Below are positions 23,591-24,714 of a stretch of 24,714 nucleotides of DNA, piece by piece; position 1 is the stretch's first letter; each line of letters opens with the position of its first letter. The translations under genes were made by a program, and so were the position numbers. The stretch spans positions 5,807,179 through 5,831,892 of the forward strand of contig SMSO01000025.1 in the NCBI GenBank assembly GCA_004764695.1, written 5' to 3'. A model generated the notes under the pieces. That model had not been told where the DNA came from. It did not search any database and saw only the letters and a list, made by a program, of their open reading frames with translations. The DNA comes from Schizochytrium sp. TIO01 (Eukaryota; Protista; Bigyra: Labyrinthulomycetes).

Positions 23591-24125
23591 ACAAACAAAC
23601 CAAGCATCATGTACAAACAAGTCCACGAGCTGCGGTGTTGCGGTAGACACTTACGATAGTGATGTCAGCGACCGGTTCTCTTTCAGCGCCAAAAGCCACT
23701 GACTTGGCGCCCTCTAAGCCGACTTCGTTCGCAGTAAGACTGTCGATTTTGATTGAATGATGGCCAGCAATACATTCATGTTACATATTACAATAGATGC
23801 ACGCATGCATGCATGGACGTGAGTGATCTAGGTTGGCTTTTAGTATTTCCTCTTTGTTGTGTTGTCATTTTCCTCTTTGTTCGATGGATGTATACTCACT
23901 CAAACAGACAACCCATCCATCCATCAAACAAACAAGCGATTGCATAAACTTGCAAAACAACACTGACCCACCCACCAAACAACAAACCAAGCATCAGGTA
24001 CAAACAAGTCCACGAGCTGCGGTGTTGCGTAGACGACTTACTTAAGTGATGTCAGCGACCGGTTCTCTTTCAGCGCCGCACCCACTGCCTTGGCGCCCTC
24101 GTCGCCGATGCGGTTGTTTAGAAGA
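17673..24125 (-). CDS. Multi-exon RI-like (NLRC3-type) leucine-rich-repeat protein, 5'-partial: at least 16 single-LRR exons plus a unique C-terminal exon
   Basis: Exons in transcript order: 24042-24125, 23655-23739 (85 nt, 1-bp insertion), 23308-23391, 22912-22995, 22527-22610, 22142-22225, 21743-21826, 21358-21441, 20972-21055, 20610-20693, 20213-20296, 19828-19911, 19443-19526, 19057-19140, 18660-18743, 18279-18362, then 17673-17994. Each 84-nt exon is bounded by acag| and |gtaagt, has no stop codon and reads e.g. LSYNHIGDEGAKAVGAALKENRSLTSL(N), matching the 28-aa RI-type consensus LxxNxIGxxGAxxLxxALxxNxxLxxLx. The last LRR exon ends GA and joins ttag|A ATG in frame. Confidence 0.9.
20859..20902. 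repeat. (AAGC)11 microsatellite in an LRR intron
   Basis: Direct reading; replaces the middle of the standard intron. Confidence 0.9.
23557..23588. repeat. (AAGC)8 microsatellite in an LRR intron
   Basis: Direct reading; same context as 20859-20902. Confidence 0.9.
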
Positions 24126-24299
24126 CTGTCGATTTGATTGAATGATGGCAAGCAATACATCACACGTTACATATTACAATAGATGCACGCATGCATGCAT
24201 GGACGTGAGTGATCTAGGTTGGCTCTCAGCATTTATCTTTGTTGTGTTGTCATTTTGCTCTTTGCTCGATGGATGTATACTCACTCAAACAGACAACTT

Positions 24300-24368
24300 A
24301 TCCATCCATCCATCCATCCATCCATCAAACAAACAAACAAACAAACAAACAAACAAACAAACAAACAA
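24300..24368. repeat. (ATCC)n followed by (AAAC)n microsatellites
   Basis: Expanded forms of the short ATCC and AAAC runs present in the standard intron units. Confidence 0.85.
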
Positions 24369-24416
24369 GCGATTGCATAAATTTGCAAAACAAGAATGAC
24401 AAAAGCAACACCGTAC

Positions 24417-24714
<298 letters not shown>

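Larger units (their letters stand above)
18240..24395. repeat. ~385-bp tandem array, 16 units (each an 84-nt exon plus a ~300-nt intron)
   Basis: Exon starts spaced mostly 381-399 bp; 362 and 347 bp for the two units carrying AAGC tracts; units nearly identical. Confidence 0.97.

Noticed and set aside
18240-24395. CRISPR-like reading (constant repeat plus short variable segment)
   Set aside because: Eukaryotic context, ~385-bp units, no cas genes; the variable bases follow codon positions within an LRR exon.
18375-24399. Repeated plus-strand ORFs (MMASNTLHVTYYNRC..., MLCCQFALC..., MAFSISS...)
   Set aside because: They are antisense readings of the repeated intron and are broken at variable points by indels; the conserved frame is the 84-nt minus-strand exon.

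Overview
Eukaryotic chromosome end, most likely from a thraustochytrid (the 18S looks Aurantiochytrium/Schizochytrium-like; recognised by eye, not searched). From the tip inward: a (TAACC)n telomere interrupted by a 582-bp TG...CA solo-LTR-like insert and a 362-bp miniature LTR retroelement (TRIM); a second, inverted TRIM copy; three families of AT-rich subtelomeric tandem repeats (~366, ~530 and 412 bp); one complete 18S-5.8S-28S rDNA unit on the minus strand, transcribed toward the telomere; about 3.7 kb of unique spacer; and a ~385-bp tandem array running to the window end. The main finding is that this array is not an inert satellite. On the minus strand each unit is an 84-nt exon (ag|...|gtaagt, phase 2-2) encoding one 28-aa ribonuclease-inhibitor-type leucine-rich repeat, plus a near-identical ~300-nt intron. 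Sixteen such exons splice in frame onto the 106-aa ORF at 17673-17993. Variation is concentrated in the exposed LRR positions and the exon variants are shuffled. This suggests a modular, recombination-diversified subtelomeric LRR receptor gene, although that function is inferred. The ORF track misses the gene. Its 5' end lies beyond the window.
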